Shown one piece after another: positions 52,881-64,000 of a DNA stretch of 64,000 nucleotides. The notes under the pieces are model-generated. The model ran no database searches and had not been told where the DNA came from. It saw nothing but the letters and a program-made list of their open reading frames with translations. Both the position numbers and the translations under genes were made by a program. The stretch is taken from NCBI GenBank assembly GCA_036172245.1, contig JAYWIR010000004.1, positions 2,542,001 to 2,606,000 of the forward strand, given 5' to 3'. Each line of letters begins with the position of its first letter. Position 1 is the stretch's first letter. The stretch comes from Raillietiella orientalis (lineage: Eukaryota).

Positions 52881-53254
52881 CCGATGAGAGCTCTCCCTCC
52901 TTCCGCCCCTCCCCTTCCCGAGGCATGCCTTTGGGAATCAGGTGGAATACCATGAGGCTGGTCCATTCCATTCCCCTAATCACTCATTTATTCATTGCCT
53001 CCCTCCCTCCTCTCGCCTTTGGTTCTGTCTTCTGCGGGGGCAGGCCCTTTGGGTTCGGGCCGACGCATGCCACTTCTCTTTCCGTGACTGTGGTGTATTC
53101 TGATTTGTTCATCTGTCTGAAAAAATGGTCCGGCTATCCAGGATGAGAAGACGAGGCGTTTATTTAAAAGAAGTGAGCAAAGAAGTCGGGAATGCGGCTC
53201 CTGAAACGAAAGTGGAAAAAAAAAAGGAAACCGAAGGGGAGGATCCACCGACAC

Positions 53255-53390
53255 ACAGGTCTAAAAGTCCGGAACGGGTTGGAGGGGAGTCAATGGATAA
53301 ATAAATAAAAGGGAGGGTGGAGCATAGGTCCGCGTCTGTGACCGCTCTCCTGGCTCAGCACCGGTGCAGTACACCAGAGACTTCCAGCCC
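53255..53390 (+). pseudogene. Probable degenerate U2 snRNA 3' portion
   Basis: AATGGAT...GGGAGGGTGGAGCATAGG resembles U2 AATGGAT...GGGAGATGGAATAGG. TGCAGTACACCAGAGACTTCCAGCCC resembles the arthropod U2 3' end TGCAGTACCGCCGGGATTTCGGCCC. The Sm site is replaced by an A-rich run. Confidence 0.45.
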
Positions 53391-53559
53391 GACTTCTTCC
53401 AGGTGAAGCCCCCCCCGCAGCCGGCCTCGAGATAGACGGCTGTCGCGCGGGTGACCTTTCTTTGCTACGCGCCCTCCAGAACCCGACGGAAGCCAGGCCG
53501 TGACGGTGGCGCGGACGCCGCGAGCCGCGGTCACGGCGCCTGCCGAGTCCGCCGGACGC

Positions 53560-54670
53560 GAGGAATCGCTGCACCAAATCCACGGCAGTGCCCTCTGGGA
53601 GCGACGAAGACAGCACCCCTCGCTGTTCGCGGGGAGTACCGCAGCCCGTCGAGACGTGATGGAACGACTCGATCGCCGCGCGTCTGCAGAAGTTCGCGTA
53701 GGGACTCCGCTCTCCGGGAAACCAGGTGTCTGCTGTGGCCGCATCGGAAACCCTAAAGCAGCACATCCTCTTTCCAACTCAAGAGGAAGGCCGATGTGTC
53801 CACAAACAGGGGAAAGTCATCTCTGGATCTCAGGCGAGTCCCGCGTCATGCACGGATTCCGAGGTCGCTTCTCGTTGACCACGAGAGCCCAGCTCGCGTG
53901 GTGAACCCGCTGGCACGACCTTTCAAGGCGCGCGCGTCCCGGCATTCGCTTCCTCGCGTCGGGGGTTCAGCATCGCAGGACCAATGCTGGCCACGTGCGG
54001 GAGGGAGGAGGCGGTGGCAGGCCGAGCGGACCACCTCACCTCTTTTCTGAAAGTAAGTCTGTGCCCGTTCCTTCCGAAGGTCCTGAAGTGCTCGGGGGGG
54101 GGTCAGCTGCGAAGGAGGGAGCAGCGAGTCTGAGGAGGAGACCAGCCCGGAAACCGGCATGGGCTGCCACTACCGCCATTGCCACGCGAGAGCGGTTCCC
54201 CTTCACCCCGCCTCCGAAACGTCGTACGTGTGGCAGCTGCACTGCAAGAAGTTTCCGTTCTGAGGCGAGAAGATCTGCCATACCGTAGACCAGAAGAAGA
54301 TGCTGCCACAAGACCATGCGTGCCTGGTCGCATTCCACAACCGACTCTCGGAATCAGCGGGAGCTCGGAATCCAGGAAAAGAAGGAAAACAGCCCATCCA
54401 GACTTCGAATTACGGGGTATTCTTGTAGCTCTTGGTCCACGGATTCTGTATCTTCCTCAAAAAGTTCAGGATCACTTTTGATTTTCCCTCTTGCATTCCG
54501 AGGAGATGCTGAACGAGTGAAATCTGGGAGTGCAAGCAAGGGCTCGGGTGGAGGCTGCCACGGGAAGCCTCCCATCTCTTCCCGAGCTCCACGTGCGTCG
54601 GCGCCGAATCACTCCGCAGGCTTCTAATCACGGGGTATTCTTGTAGCTCTTGGCCCACGGGATCCAAGGT
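53560..54670 (+). mobile_element. Decayed Utopia-like C-terminal half
   Basis: ALWERRR (~SLWSRAR), KQGKVI (~PDQGKV), RAQL (~RARL), VDQKK...AFHNR...AR (~FENR..AR), VALGPRDP (~GALG.WDP). Confidence 0.65.
54399..54665 (+). repeat. Direct repeat, ~48 bp at 54399-54446 and 54617-54665
   Basis: ACGGGGTATTCTTGTAGCTCTTGG is identical in both copies, with flanking matches. Confidence 0.9.
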
Positions 54671-55449
54671 TTTCCTTGCACAAGGGCAGGGTTCGTTCCT
54701 TCCCAGTTCACGTGGATCAGAAACCCTAACGACTATGCTGGAACGTCACGGGTTTATTTGCTGGTGACCCGCAGCTTGGGGACCAAGTTAAGGGAAGCTG
54801 ACTGCGCCTCCCAAGACTTACCGACCTGGATGCGTTCGGCTAGGGATGGAATGCCGGATTTTCCTCTCGGATCCTCCGAATGGCGAACGGCGTGGCCTCC
54901 CTTCGCTCGCTTCCGCAGGAGTCCCTGGAGAACCCATCCCGGTTTCAGATACCCCGGGAAAAACGAAGTTTCAAGACTGCTTTCGTGCCTCCCTTTGGAG
55001 CCTCGTGTCCAAGGAGAACAGCGAAATCGTCAGGGACATGAAGAATCGAGGGAACACACATATTCATATCTCTTCGCGTGTTACCTGCACAGTAGTTCAC
55101 GTGCTGTAGCTATGGATACTGCACTCGCATCACGAAAACTATTTTTTGTTGCTATTGTTTTTGTTTTTTGTGGGGGAAGGTAGGGTAACAGGGATGATTT
55201 TTCCATCCTGGGATTAGGCGGTCATCTGCCTTTTCATCATCGGTCTGTTTTCCGCGAGGACCCACATATTGGGTCACATGGTCAAGGTGATTTCCAAAAA
55301 ACGGAGCTATCCTTGTAAGCAAGAGACTACTCTATGAAGAAAATGAAAAGGATGGATAAAGGGGGTAAATAAAAGTTTTCCTTTTGAGAGGAGAAGGGGG
55401 GGGAGATCTGCTTCTTTGACTGAGATTCTCAGCGCAATGATCAACTAGT

Positions 55450-56750
55450 GGTGGCGTTCAGCAATGGGAGTATTATTTTCAGGAGCCTGAACGGAGCGTT
55501 TATTGCTGGACCACGTATGGGGATGAGCTATTCGCGATCCTCAATCTCTGCAAGGCAACGGACCCGCCATCTGCAGGAGAGGTGGTAGGTCCTGCTTTTG
55601 CTTTGTATTCCGCCCTCCTTCTCTTAGAGGCTACCACCAGAAGTCGGATCTGAATTCCTCAGTGGATCGACTATGTGGTTCGCGGTCGTCGGAACACGCA
55701 AAGCCCTTGTGGCCGAAATGCTTGCAAAACAGCCATTGTTCACCGACATCAATGTGTCATCCACAGAATATTAGTCCAGGAAAATTTTCCGGCACGAACG
55801 ATCATGAGCAGGGATGCAGCAATCGTGTTTGCTTGTTCGCTGTCAGTAATCAGTGATCTTCCGAACAATGGTCTCCAGCAAATTAGCCTTCTTCCACGCT
55901 GTCGTGTTTTCGTTCCTCTCGATGGTGAATTACGATGTTTGCGAAGCCGCATCCCCGGTGCCCTACACCGGGAGCAACGCAGCCAATGAAAGGAGACCAT
56001 GGATTTCTGGAATGGTGGCGTAAATTTCAAAAGAGCATTTAAAACGTGTCAGCTGGCAAGGATCTGACTCCAATGGAAACATCCATCAATCCTTTGAGTA
56101 AGAAATCACAAAGGCGCTCCGCATCAGGACGAGCTCTGAAAGCGAGCTCCTGGTAAGAGACAGACAAGTTCGAGAACGAAATGAAGGCTGGGGAGATAAC
56201 AAATTGAAATCGTAGGAGGAGAAGAAGAAGCATTCGACTTCAATAAGCGTATCGATTTCCGACTGCAGACCCTTTCCGAGAAGGTCTGGTGGATGCATAG
56301 TAGATGGAGGAGTGTTATCGACTGCAGCAGAAAAAGTCGGCATTTTGCAAGAATTCGCTACCTTTTTAAGGCCGTTTCGCAAAGAATGAAGGAAACGGGA
56401 ATCGTGCAGTGTGCGCAGCCTTGGAACAAACTTGAAGCAGAGCGACATTCGCGCCTCTCGCCAGAAAAAAGACGACAGGCACCAGAAACGTGCTCGAAGA
56501 ATAGAATCTTTTCATCTCTGCGCAACCACATGTCTTCTGGAAAGCAATGCGATACCGCGTTGTCTGCGTCCAGAGGGAGGAACGGATTCCATATCTTGCG
56601 CGCTCCTGCTGTTGTTTTCGCAATGGGCACGAATTTTCCGGCGCAAAGAATTTGTCCTTCGGGTATGCCTCTTGAAAAAAGGATCGCCATGGACTGTCAT
56701 TGGAGCCCCTTGTTATAGATGTCAGGGCGCTTTCATAAACTCGAAGATGT
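55450..56750 (-). mobile_element. Decayed Utopia-like post-RT to zinc-knuckle fragment
   Basis: SPWRS (~APWQ) and CRD*GSRIAHPH (~CRRCG...LPHV). Confidence 0.4.
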
Positions 56751-56864
56751 GCCTCTTCGACGACATCCGGTACCGTGGGTACAGTGAGTTGCGCAACAGT
56801 CATGACTGCCCGTAGGAGCGAGCAAGTTGATGGGCCCAAGGGACGACGAATAGCGTTTGGTTCA

Positions 56865-58413
56865 AGACACGATCCCGAATGCGACAATCACGAATTTGGA
56901 AATCCCGAAAATGGAATTCATCACTTATTGAAGAAGTTCCATTAATTGAAAGTTGGAAATGATGCAGAAACGAAATAGATAGAATGGAGAAATATGAAAA
57001 ATAATGCTGACAATCTAAAATAGTGGGGGGGAAGGGAGGGAAATAAAAAAGCAAAAAATAAGGGAAGCAAAAAGAATTTGGGCCACTTCCGTGCAACTGC
57101 CCATGATCTGTTTCTTTTTATTTTAAAAGTTGACAGCTACAACAGTACAAATATGAGGGAGACTCCGTCATCATCCGCTCTTCCTTCATGGTCACTGAAG
57201 TTATGTTACACCGGATGCCACAACAGGTTTCACTCATCGGGACGTCCTGTGGGCTGTATTTCGGCGACATCCTCCTCATCCGTCCAAGAGCTGTTCCTCT
57301 TCGTGAGGCTGTCGCCGGTGTTGAACATCATTTAAGCCGATGTGCCCATCTAATAGACGTTGCGAGCGTAGAGAATGCAAGAGGCAACCAAGAGTTGCTT
57401 CTCTTTATCCGCATACATCCGCACGACACCCAGTCCACGGAAGACTGCTTCATTGCTGGAGTCCCAAGTTCCCAAAGGTCCAGTGATGATGGTCAACATC
57501 TTTCCATCGACTCCTTTCTTGGATTTCTGGTTGGCAACATCTTGGTATATGAATGCTTTCTCATTCCTGACGGTGCTGAAGGCTTCTCTCCCGTTCTCAA
57601 AGGTGCAAGATGCGTCCAGCACCACCATTCCGTTGCCCTTCTGTGTTGAAGGATCCGGCCTCAGAGCGGAACCAGGACCAGCGTCGTGCTGATTCGTGGA
57701 CACATGGTTTCTATCTTGCTGTTCCTACAGCTACTGTTTTGATCCCGTCCACAATCGCAACGTATCTGGCCGTGTACAGACGGGAGTGCCTCGTGCAGTG
57801 AGTCTGTCACGTGAGGCAACATCTTGTCCCATAAGCCACAACGGTGACACGAGCGGCCGAATTCCCTTCTTCACGCAGCTTCCCTTATGGAAAGCAGATT
57901 CAGCCTTGCAGCATGGATGAATCTGCAGTCCTCAGATCTCAGCTGGCCCTCGTTTGTAAAGGAACATCTCGAAGAGAGATGCAATGCGACGCAGCGCATG
58001 ACTTTCCCTTAATCCAGACGCTTCTTTGCCAGGGATTGCCATGGGCTTTCTTGTGTTGTGCAGCTCTTTGAAAGGAAGAACATTTTCTCCTTACGATGAG
58101 ATCGCACTTCTCTGATTGGAATGGCCGATGTTTTGCTATGTCCTTCTGAAAGTTCCTTCTTTGTGTTTTTTTTTTTTTTACTTTTCTTTCCTCGCCATTT
58201 TGCGTTGTCAGCCATAATTTTTCTTATATAATTCTCCATGCTATGCATTTCCTTTTCCTATCATTTCCAACACTCAATGAATGAAACTTCCACAACAAAT
58301 GTTGAGTTTTATTTTCGGGCTTTTAGATATTCGGGATCTTGACCTTTCGGGATTATCAGCATTCGGGATTATAGCTCTCAGGATTGTACCTTTCGGTCAT
58401 GTGATCGCCACCC
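56865..58413. repeat. Long inverted repeat pair (arms ~56865-57105 and ~58095-58413) with TTCGGGAT-type subterminal repeats; MITE/TIR-like
   Basis: Left arm CCCGAAAATGGAATTC...GTTGGAAATGAT...ATGGAGAA...GCTGACAA matches the reverse complement of the right arm. Both arms carry ~15-bp-spaced (A)TCCCGAA/TTCGGGAT units at their outer ends. Confidence 0.8.
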
Positions 58414-59760
58414 GTGCGGATAAACTCGGATTCGTTTTCCATGCTGGCAAGAAGAACCCTTGAGGACTGTAGGAGACGCGCTGTATTGTATTGAATTCAA
58501 AGGTCTCCAGATGCATCGATCTTTCGCAGAGCAGTTTCTCTTCGATTCCATCGTGGGGAAGGCGAGGGGCTACTTGTGGAAAAAGCCAGACCGCATACCA
58601 CTTCGCCGGAAGCACCTTAAGAAGGACTTGAGACGCTTTGGGGAAGCGGAGGCTTTTGGAGGATCCGTGTCATGGGGCTACCTGACGGTGCTTAGAGCGG
58701 TTATGGCCACACATCTACGTGAATTCGAAATTCCATGAACCTTCGCCTGTGCACGAGCCTTCTTGATGCTTGGACAGCAAGGCTGCAAGTTATTTATCAC
58801 TGTTGAATGGGTGGATACTTCCTTTCAACTAGCAGACTGCACATCTTGTCCTTTGAATCGCCCTTGCAAACGCTTTAAAGAAGATGGAGATGTCTGATGT
58901 CTGCCACCTGCAGAATTGGTAAAAAGATCCCACGCAAGGCGCGTAGCTTGAAACGTTTCTAAGCAGGTCGTGGCAAAAGACGGATTTAACTCTTTAGTAG
59001 AATGAGTACTCTCTAAAAGATCCCCCCCCCCTCTCTCCCCCCCTCATTCTGTGACATTGAGTCAAGAGTCAGAAAGGTCACGTTGCTAGATAGCAATAAA
59101 TAGTTTGCAAGAGTCTGCTTCTGAGTCTGTTTCATAACTCACTTTAAAAAACATGGATTTGCATTGGAACTGCACTGCATCTGTAGATGATTTCGTCAGA
59201 ACCAGAGCAGGGCGCCCTGAATCTAAATATCCGTCTCTGCTGGACGCTGTCACGTTCCATCAAGCCAGACCATCTCCTCCGGGTAGAGGGAACTCATAGC
59301 TCGAAAAATTTGCAAAAATTCTGAATCATTGGAGTTCCGTGGATGCGAAAGATCTGAAACAAAACAGTTGTGGATCTCGGGGTGCATCCGAAGCGCAAGT
59401 CACGAAAATTATTTGAGGTGACTGCTCAGCATCTGGAGCTGAAAGGTTATTGGAACTTCACTAGAGAAAGCCATAAAGTCGATTGAGATCGCATCTGCAT
59501 TTAGTCACTGAATCAGGAATCACTCAGTGTTGATGGATAACCAGCTTTCACTTTTCAACACCTGTAAATTTTTTGGAAGGAAAACGCCGGTGCGTTTTTT
59601 TGTTGCCTCAGAAATCGCAACTCCACAGAGCTTTGCGCCTCGTGGTGTTCACCTTGCATCGAAAATAGAATATGGAATATTTGGTTGCGAATTACGATCT
59701 CCAGTTTGTGTTGCATGCTTTGACCAATTAGGTGAATGGAACTATCCATAATCTTCAATT
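57110..59760 (-). mobile_element. Best-preserved Utopia-like non-LTR element (RT, zinc knuckle, RLE, 3' UTR), interrupted by an insertion at ~58075-58413
   Basis: NWR (RT motif 1), D*GKVMRCV, EDCRFIHAARLNLL, CHRCG...LPHV..HC.RHSRLYTAR. ORF 57350-57703 reads LRPD...VVLDASCTFENGREAFSTVRNEK...TGPLGTWDSSN...YARNVY, a PD-(D/E)xK RLE. AATAAA lies at the 3' end near 57120. Confidence 0.9.
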
Positions 59761-60249
59761 GAGTGATCGATGAGTGTGTTCCCGCGAACGAAAGTCAGGG
59801 TTAATAAGCAAACACATCGTAAAATACTGTACCCTGCGCTGCGTGGTGTCCTCTGAAGGCGCTCTTACTGCCCAAGGGATGCACAGATAATCAAACGATA
59901 CCTTTCAAATCGGCATCGAACGTTTCGGTTTTGCTTTGCGTTTTATTTTTCCTACGCTCATATAACAGATCTCGCTGCACCAGGGAGGGTGTTTTGGGAA
60001 GACCTAAGGGGTATGAACGAATGAATGATAGCATCGAGAGGAAAAACAGACAGACAGGCATAAGAGAAATGTCGAATATGGGGTGGACTCGATGCGCTCT
60101 TCTGCTGAGGCTCCGTAATTAAGTGTGGTGATTGAATTGCTAGGTGTGGGGGGGGGAGCCGCCGTCTGCTCGTGCGCTCCCAATTTCGGGCCAGCCAGCG
60201 TCATTCCGTGTCGGATCGCGTTATCTTCAAGATGAGACGAATCTCAACT

Positions 60250-60760
60250 CTACCGTGAGAGCTGGGGAGTTGCTACACCATGCAAGCGATGGAACTGTCC
60301 GGAGTAGTTGACCTTTGCTTCCCTGGCTCGTTTAGGAAGCGCCAGAGTTGCCGTGACATATTGCTCGAGATATGCACTCTCGCTGCTCACGTATGCTGTT
60401 GCTGCTGCTGCGATTCGATTTGCCGTTTCTATGACTACGCGTGATGTTTCTCAAACGATAGGCACGAATGCGCCGCCTATTGCCATCGCTTTCGCAAAAA
60501 AAAAAGAAAAGAAGAAAAAACACAGGAAGTTCCTTCATCTTTAGGCATCCATGCATCGTATCTGAAAATTATCTAGTTCTCACTCGAGCTCTCGGAAAAA
60601 CCTTTTCCCTTTGTGGCCCTGGAGATTGACTCATCTCCGCACTCGACGCGCTCTCAGCCTTTCGCTCATGAATGGCTTAAAGCTCTGTCGCTCCACCTTC
60701 CACGGCTTCCACCATCAACCTCATGGCCCGCATATTCTGCTACGATTTTCCTTCCCGATC
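60250..60760 (+). mobile_element. Decayed Utopia-like RT core fragment
   Basis: ELSGVVDL (~PLSG.LFNL), SLLTYA (~LAYADD), PFPFV (~F.FLG). Confidence 0.45.
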
Positions 60761-62739
60761 TTCATCTGCGAGCAGCGAGTGCTCGTGTGAACGTGGATTC
60801 TGTTTAGCGTGGGGAGCAATCCTTCGACCGACAGTTCCGCGTTAATGTTCGGCAGAAACTTCCTCCCGGTCGCCGGTTGGGAACTCGTCAGTGTACATTT
60901 TGAATGGTAAGGGAACTGCTTGAGCAGAAATGATCACTCGGAGAAGGCAAATGCACTTTGCATAGTCCCAACTGTTGTGTGAAAGTTATGAGAGACGTGG
61001 AGATTAATGAGACAGAAGAGGGCAGCCGATCGATCGAAATGAGAGCGTCTGATTGTGTCTCCTTCAAAGAGGAAATTCTGTTGTTCCAGAACCAAAAGAG
61101 CTGCCAACTGCATTGATTCTTGGTCCATGCAAAAAAAAAAAAAAAAAAGTTGTGGCAGTCTCTGAACAGAACTGAAACTCAGCAATTCCAACCTTCATTG
61201 GTTGCTCAGAAATGGATGCAGGCTTTCCACTCTAGATGCCGGACCAAGAATTCAAAATGAGTGAATGAAATTTGTTCCAACAAAAAAACCGTCAGACATC
61301 GTTTGCCACGAAGTCAAAGGGACCCTAAGGAGGACAAAATTTGGGAGGGTGGGCCAAGAAATAAATAAATTAATTACAGGGTGAGGATTTACTGACTTCT
61401 CGGTGCTGATGGTTTTCGAGAGCCTCCATGGGGGGAGGGTTAGGAAATGAGGAATAGGTACTCTCACCGATCCCGATTTGGTGTGCAATTATTTATTTAT
61501 TTTTTTTGAGGCGCCCTTTTGTACTACCCGCCAGTTTGAGCCACGGCATTGCACCCCCTCTCACGAGGTCAACAGCGGCCACGGAAGGGCTTTCCTTGTA
61601 ACCCTCGTGGTCCGGCATGTTGCTACCATTCCTCATCTTCCTCTCCCTGAGACGCAAGAGAAGGAGCAGACTGTCTGCGAAGACATAAGGATGCATCCTA
61701 GGAGCGAGCCTCCCGTTCCCAAGGACCTCTTCTAGGAGGGGCCTAAGGACACTTCAATCGAAGAGTATTGGTTTCCTTGAAGCGTATCCATGTATCCACT
61801 TCCTGCTGCCACCAGGAAGGCAGTGGAGAGGCTGAGAGAGCCACGGAGCACCCAACCGCGCCTCGCCCGACATCACCGCGAGCGGACGCAACGAGCAGCG
61901 CGGGTTCCGCGTGCACCTGAGGTTGCGTGGGAGACACGAGGCAAGAAGAAGGAGTTCCTTGCCGTTTATCTCGCTCTTCACGAGAATGAGCGACGGGATG
62001 CAGCACGGGAAGTTTCATCCAAACGCGAGCTCAAGTCGCCGTTCTTAAGACTCTGTCGTGAATCGAACCCTTAAAAAACACACACACATTTTTATGAGGT
62101 GGAGGAGGTGCCACGCCTTTAGAAGATTGGTGTCACAGGAAGCGGAACTGTTTGTTTCTCCGACTCCAAATTTCATCGGAAATCACAGAAAGGGTGGCGT
62201 TTTTGAGAACGATTCCTAAGCAACGGATACGGATAGCCGCCGGCTAGCGCTACAATTTGAAGCAGCACCAAATGTGAATAAAATCTAGGTAAGGAAAGGA
62301 AAAAAAGTTAAAATTCATCATCCGTGCAGTTTTCTTCCCTCTTTGGTTTGTGGACCACTCCGTTTTTCCCGCTTTGCGCTGAAAGGAAAAAGCATGTACT
62401 TTCGGAGACCACGTTTTTTGAAGTGCGACCGCACGTTCGGAAGCTCTCTTTTAAGGTTTCGTGCCAAATTCATAGGGTGTTCTGTTGGTCCGATGGCCGG
62501 TATGGTCACAGGTCGCGAACGTACGTCTCTGCTTCTGAAATGAAAAGCATTTGAAAAATATATCAGATTCTCTCATCGGTATATAATGAGAGAATTTCCA
62601 AGCATTCTTTGGAGGAAAAAAAAAACCAAAACAAGAACAAGCGTTGTTTCTTCCTTTTGAATAAGGAACACATTTCGTTTCTTTTCCTTTTTGGTGCCAA
62701 ATGCAGTAAAAAAAAAAAAAAAAAAAAAAACTACTCTTT

Positions 62740-63690
62740 TACTTCCCAACACAGGTTGAGATTTTGCATACGTACCTCCGTTGAAAGGCCATTTCGAGGG
62801 GACCTTATTAGTATTGATGAACTTGGCCTTTATGGCGCGCAGAATCAACCGTGCGACGCTAGGAGAAATAAATCGGCTCCATAGCAACGAATGTGGCTAA
62901 TTTGCGACGATCTTGTAGTTCTATTTCTGGACATATCAGCAAATTTAGAGACCGAATGGAAAGTGATTGCCAATTTGAAGAGATGCTGCTGCTGCTATCT
63001 GCGACTGCCTTCCTGTGGCCACGCGGCGAAGACGTAGGAGGACATCGGAAGCGTTCTTTGACATCGTCACTGGTTTGCTCTTTGCTGTTTGCTCCGGAAT
63101 CTCTAGGGCGTGTTTTTTTCCTCGCGAAATCCCTTTGCGGAAGTTGCAGATTTGTGGTCTGAATCGATGTATCTTCGAAGGAATAAGAAAAAAAAAAAAT
63201 TCCAAGTTTTCCTTACTCGCTCGATTGGAATCAGCAAAACTCGAATCGCATCGGCACGTCAAGTGAAGAACGGTGGAGTGTTTCCCCCCCCCCCCCCCCC
63301 CCAAAATAATGATATCCGACGTTTTCGTTGTTGTTTCGTTTTCCAGGTTATTCGATTTCTCTGAACTGTGAGCATAATTATGTTAATGAACATGATACTG
63401 TGAGCATAATTCCATTAATGGCAGTAGATGTAAGCTCGACGCCAGCTCGATCACTGCCAAGCAAATACACTTCGATTCCGGGAAACCACCCTTTATGCAC
63501 ATTCCACAAGTCACCTTCTCGTAATCTATTCTTGTTTACTGCTATACGAATAATCGGCATGCTCAAGAATTCCAAACGAGCTGGCTGAAAGGCTTGGTAA
63601 CATGAATAAGTGTTTTCGGGCCTCGATAAACATGACCGTCAAACTTCCATTGATGTCCTCTCTATAATTACAGCTTGCAAGGCACTAAAG
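62740..63690 (-). mobile_element. Decayed RLE-class RT fragment
   Basis: QWK, HKGWFPG (~QKGF.PG), KGISRG (~GI.QG), SDDVK (~ADD), in order. Confidence 0.5.
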
Positions 63691-63759
63691 GATGATGCAA
63701 ACTTTTCAATGCTACAACATTTCTGTCGCAACCCCGAAATTTCATTACTTGCTTTTGCT

Positions 63760-63845
63760 GTTTTTTTTTTTCTTCTTTTCTCTCTCTCTCTCTCCCCTTC
63801 CTCCTCCTCCTCTTCTTCTTCTTCTTCTTCTTCTTCCTTTCTGGT
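63760..63845. repeat. Compound pyrimidine microsatellite (T)n(CT)n(CCT)n(CTT)n
   Basis: Directly visible. It explains the poly-Glu and poly-Ser pseudo-ORFs. Confidence 0.9.
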
Positions 63846-64000
63846 CTTTCTTTTATTATGCATTGCGAGGCGGAGACGGTTTATTTTCATATCGTAACCT
63901 TGGAGTTGGACTGACGACGTATTAGCATGTACGTACTCTCGTTTACGTCCATTTGCAGAAACATGCTGGAAACAAGGCTCTTTGCGGCTGAATTTTTCCT

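Noticed and set aside
5374..55183. Hundreds of long overlapping Arg/Pro/Gly/Ser-rich ORFs (e.g. 13411-14526, 34444-35715) as genes
   Set aside because: They are expected from stop-codon scarcity in GC-rich DNA, occur in all frames, and show only fragmentary retroelement motifs.
58312..58400. CRISPR-like short spaced repeats
   Set aside because: These are ~8 bp units at ~15 bp period in eukaryotic DNA with no cas genes, better explained as TIR subterminal repeats.
61375..61570. Weak U1- or U2-like words (CAGGGTGAGG...GTGCTGA; CATTGCAC)
   Set aside because: Too short and inconsistent to assign.

Overview
Eukaryotic DNA, probably arthropod or arachnid (inferred). Bases 1-~4,500 are AT-rich host sequence carrying the first coding exon of a WNK kinase gene on the minus strand, followed by its intron. 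A consensus plus-strand splice donor at 2,736 hints at a divergent transcript. From ~5 kb to the end, the window is mostly GC/CpG-rich, and nearly all long six-frame ORFs are spurious. Reading across frameshifts shows a densely packed, two-orientation graveyard of roughly 20 decayed RLE-type (restriction-like endonuclease) non-LTR retrotransposon fragments. These are R2-like at ~5-19 kb and Utopia/NeSL-like at ~20-64 kb. Interspersed are decayed pieces of the RNA genes such elements normally target: a clear 28S rDNA fragment, a probable U2 snRNA fragment, and weaker 18S/U2- and U6-like traces. Three inverted-repeat pairs each bracket a 1-2 kb retroelement fragment. No intact transposon ORF is present. 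All motif calls were made by eye, and element boundaries are approximate.
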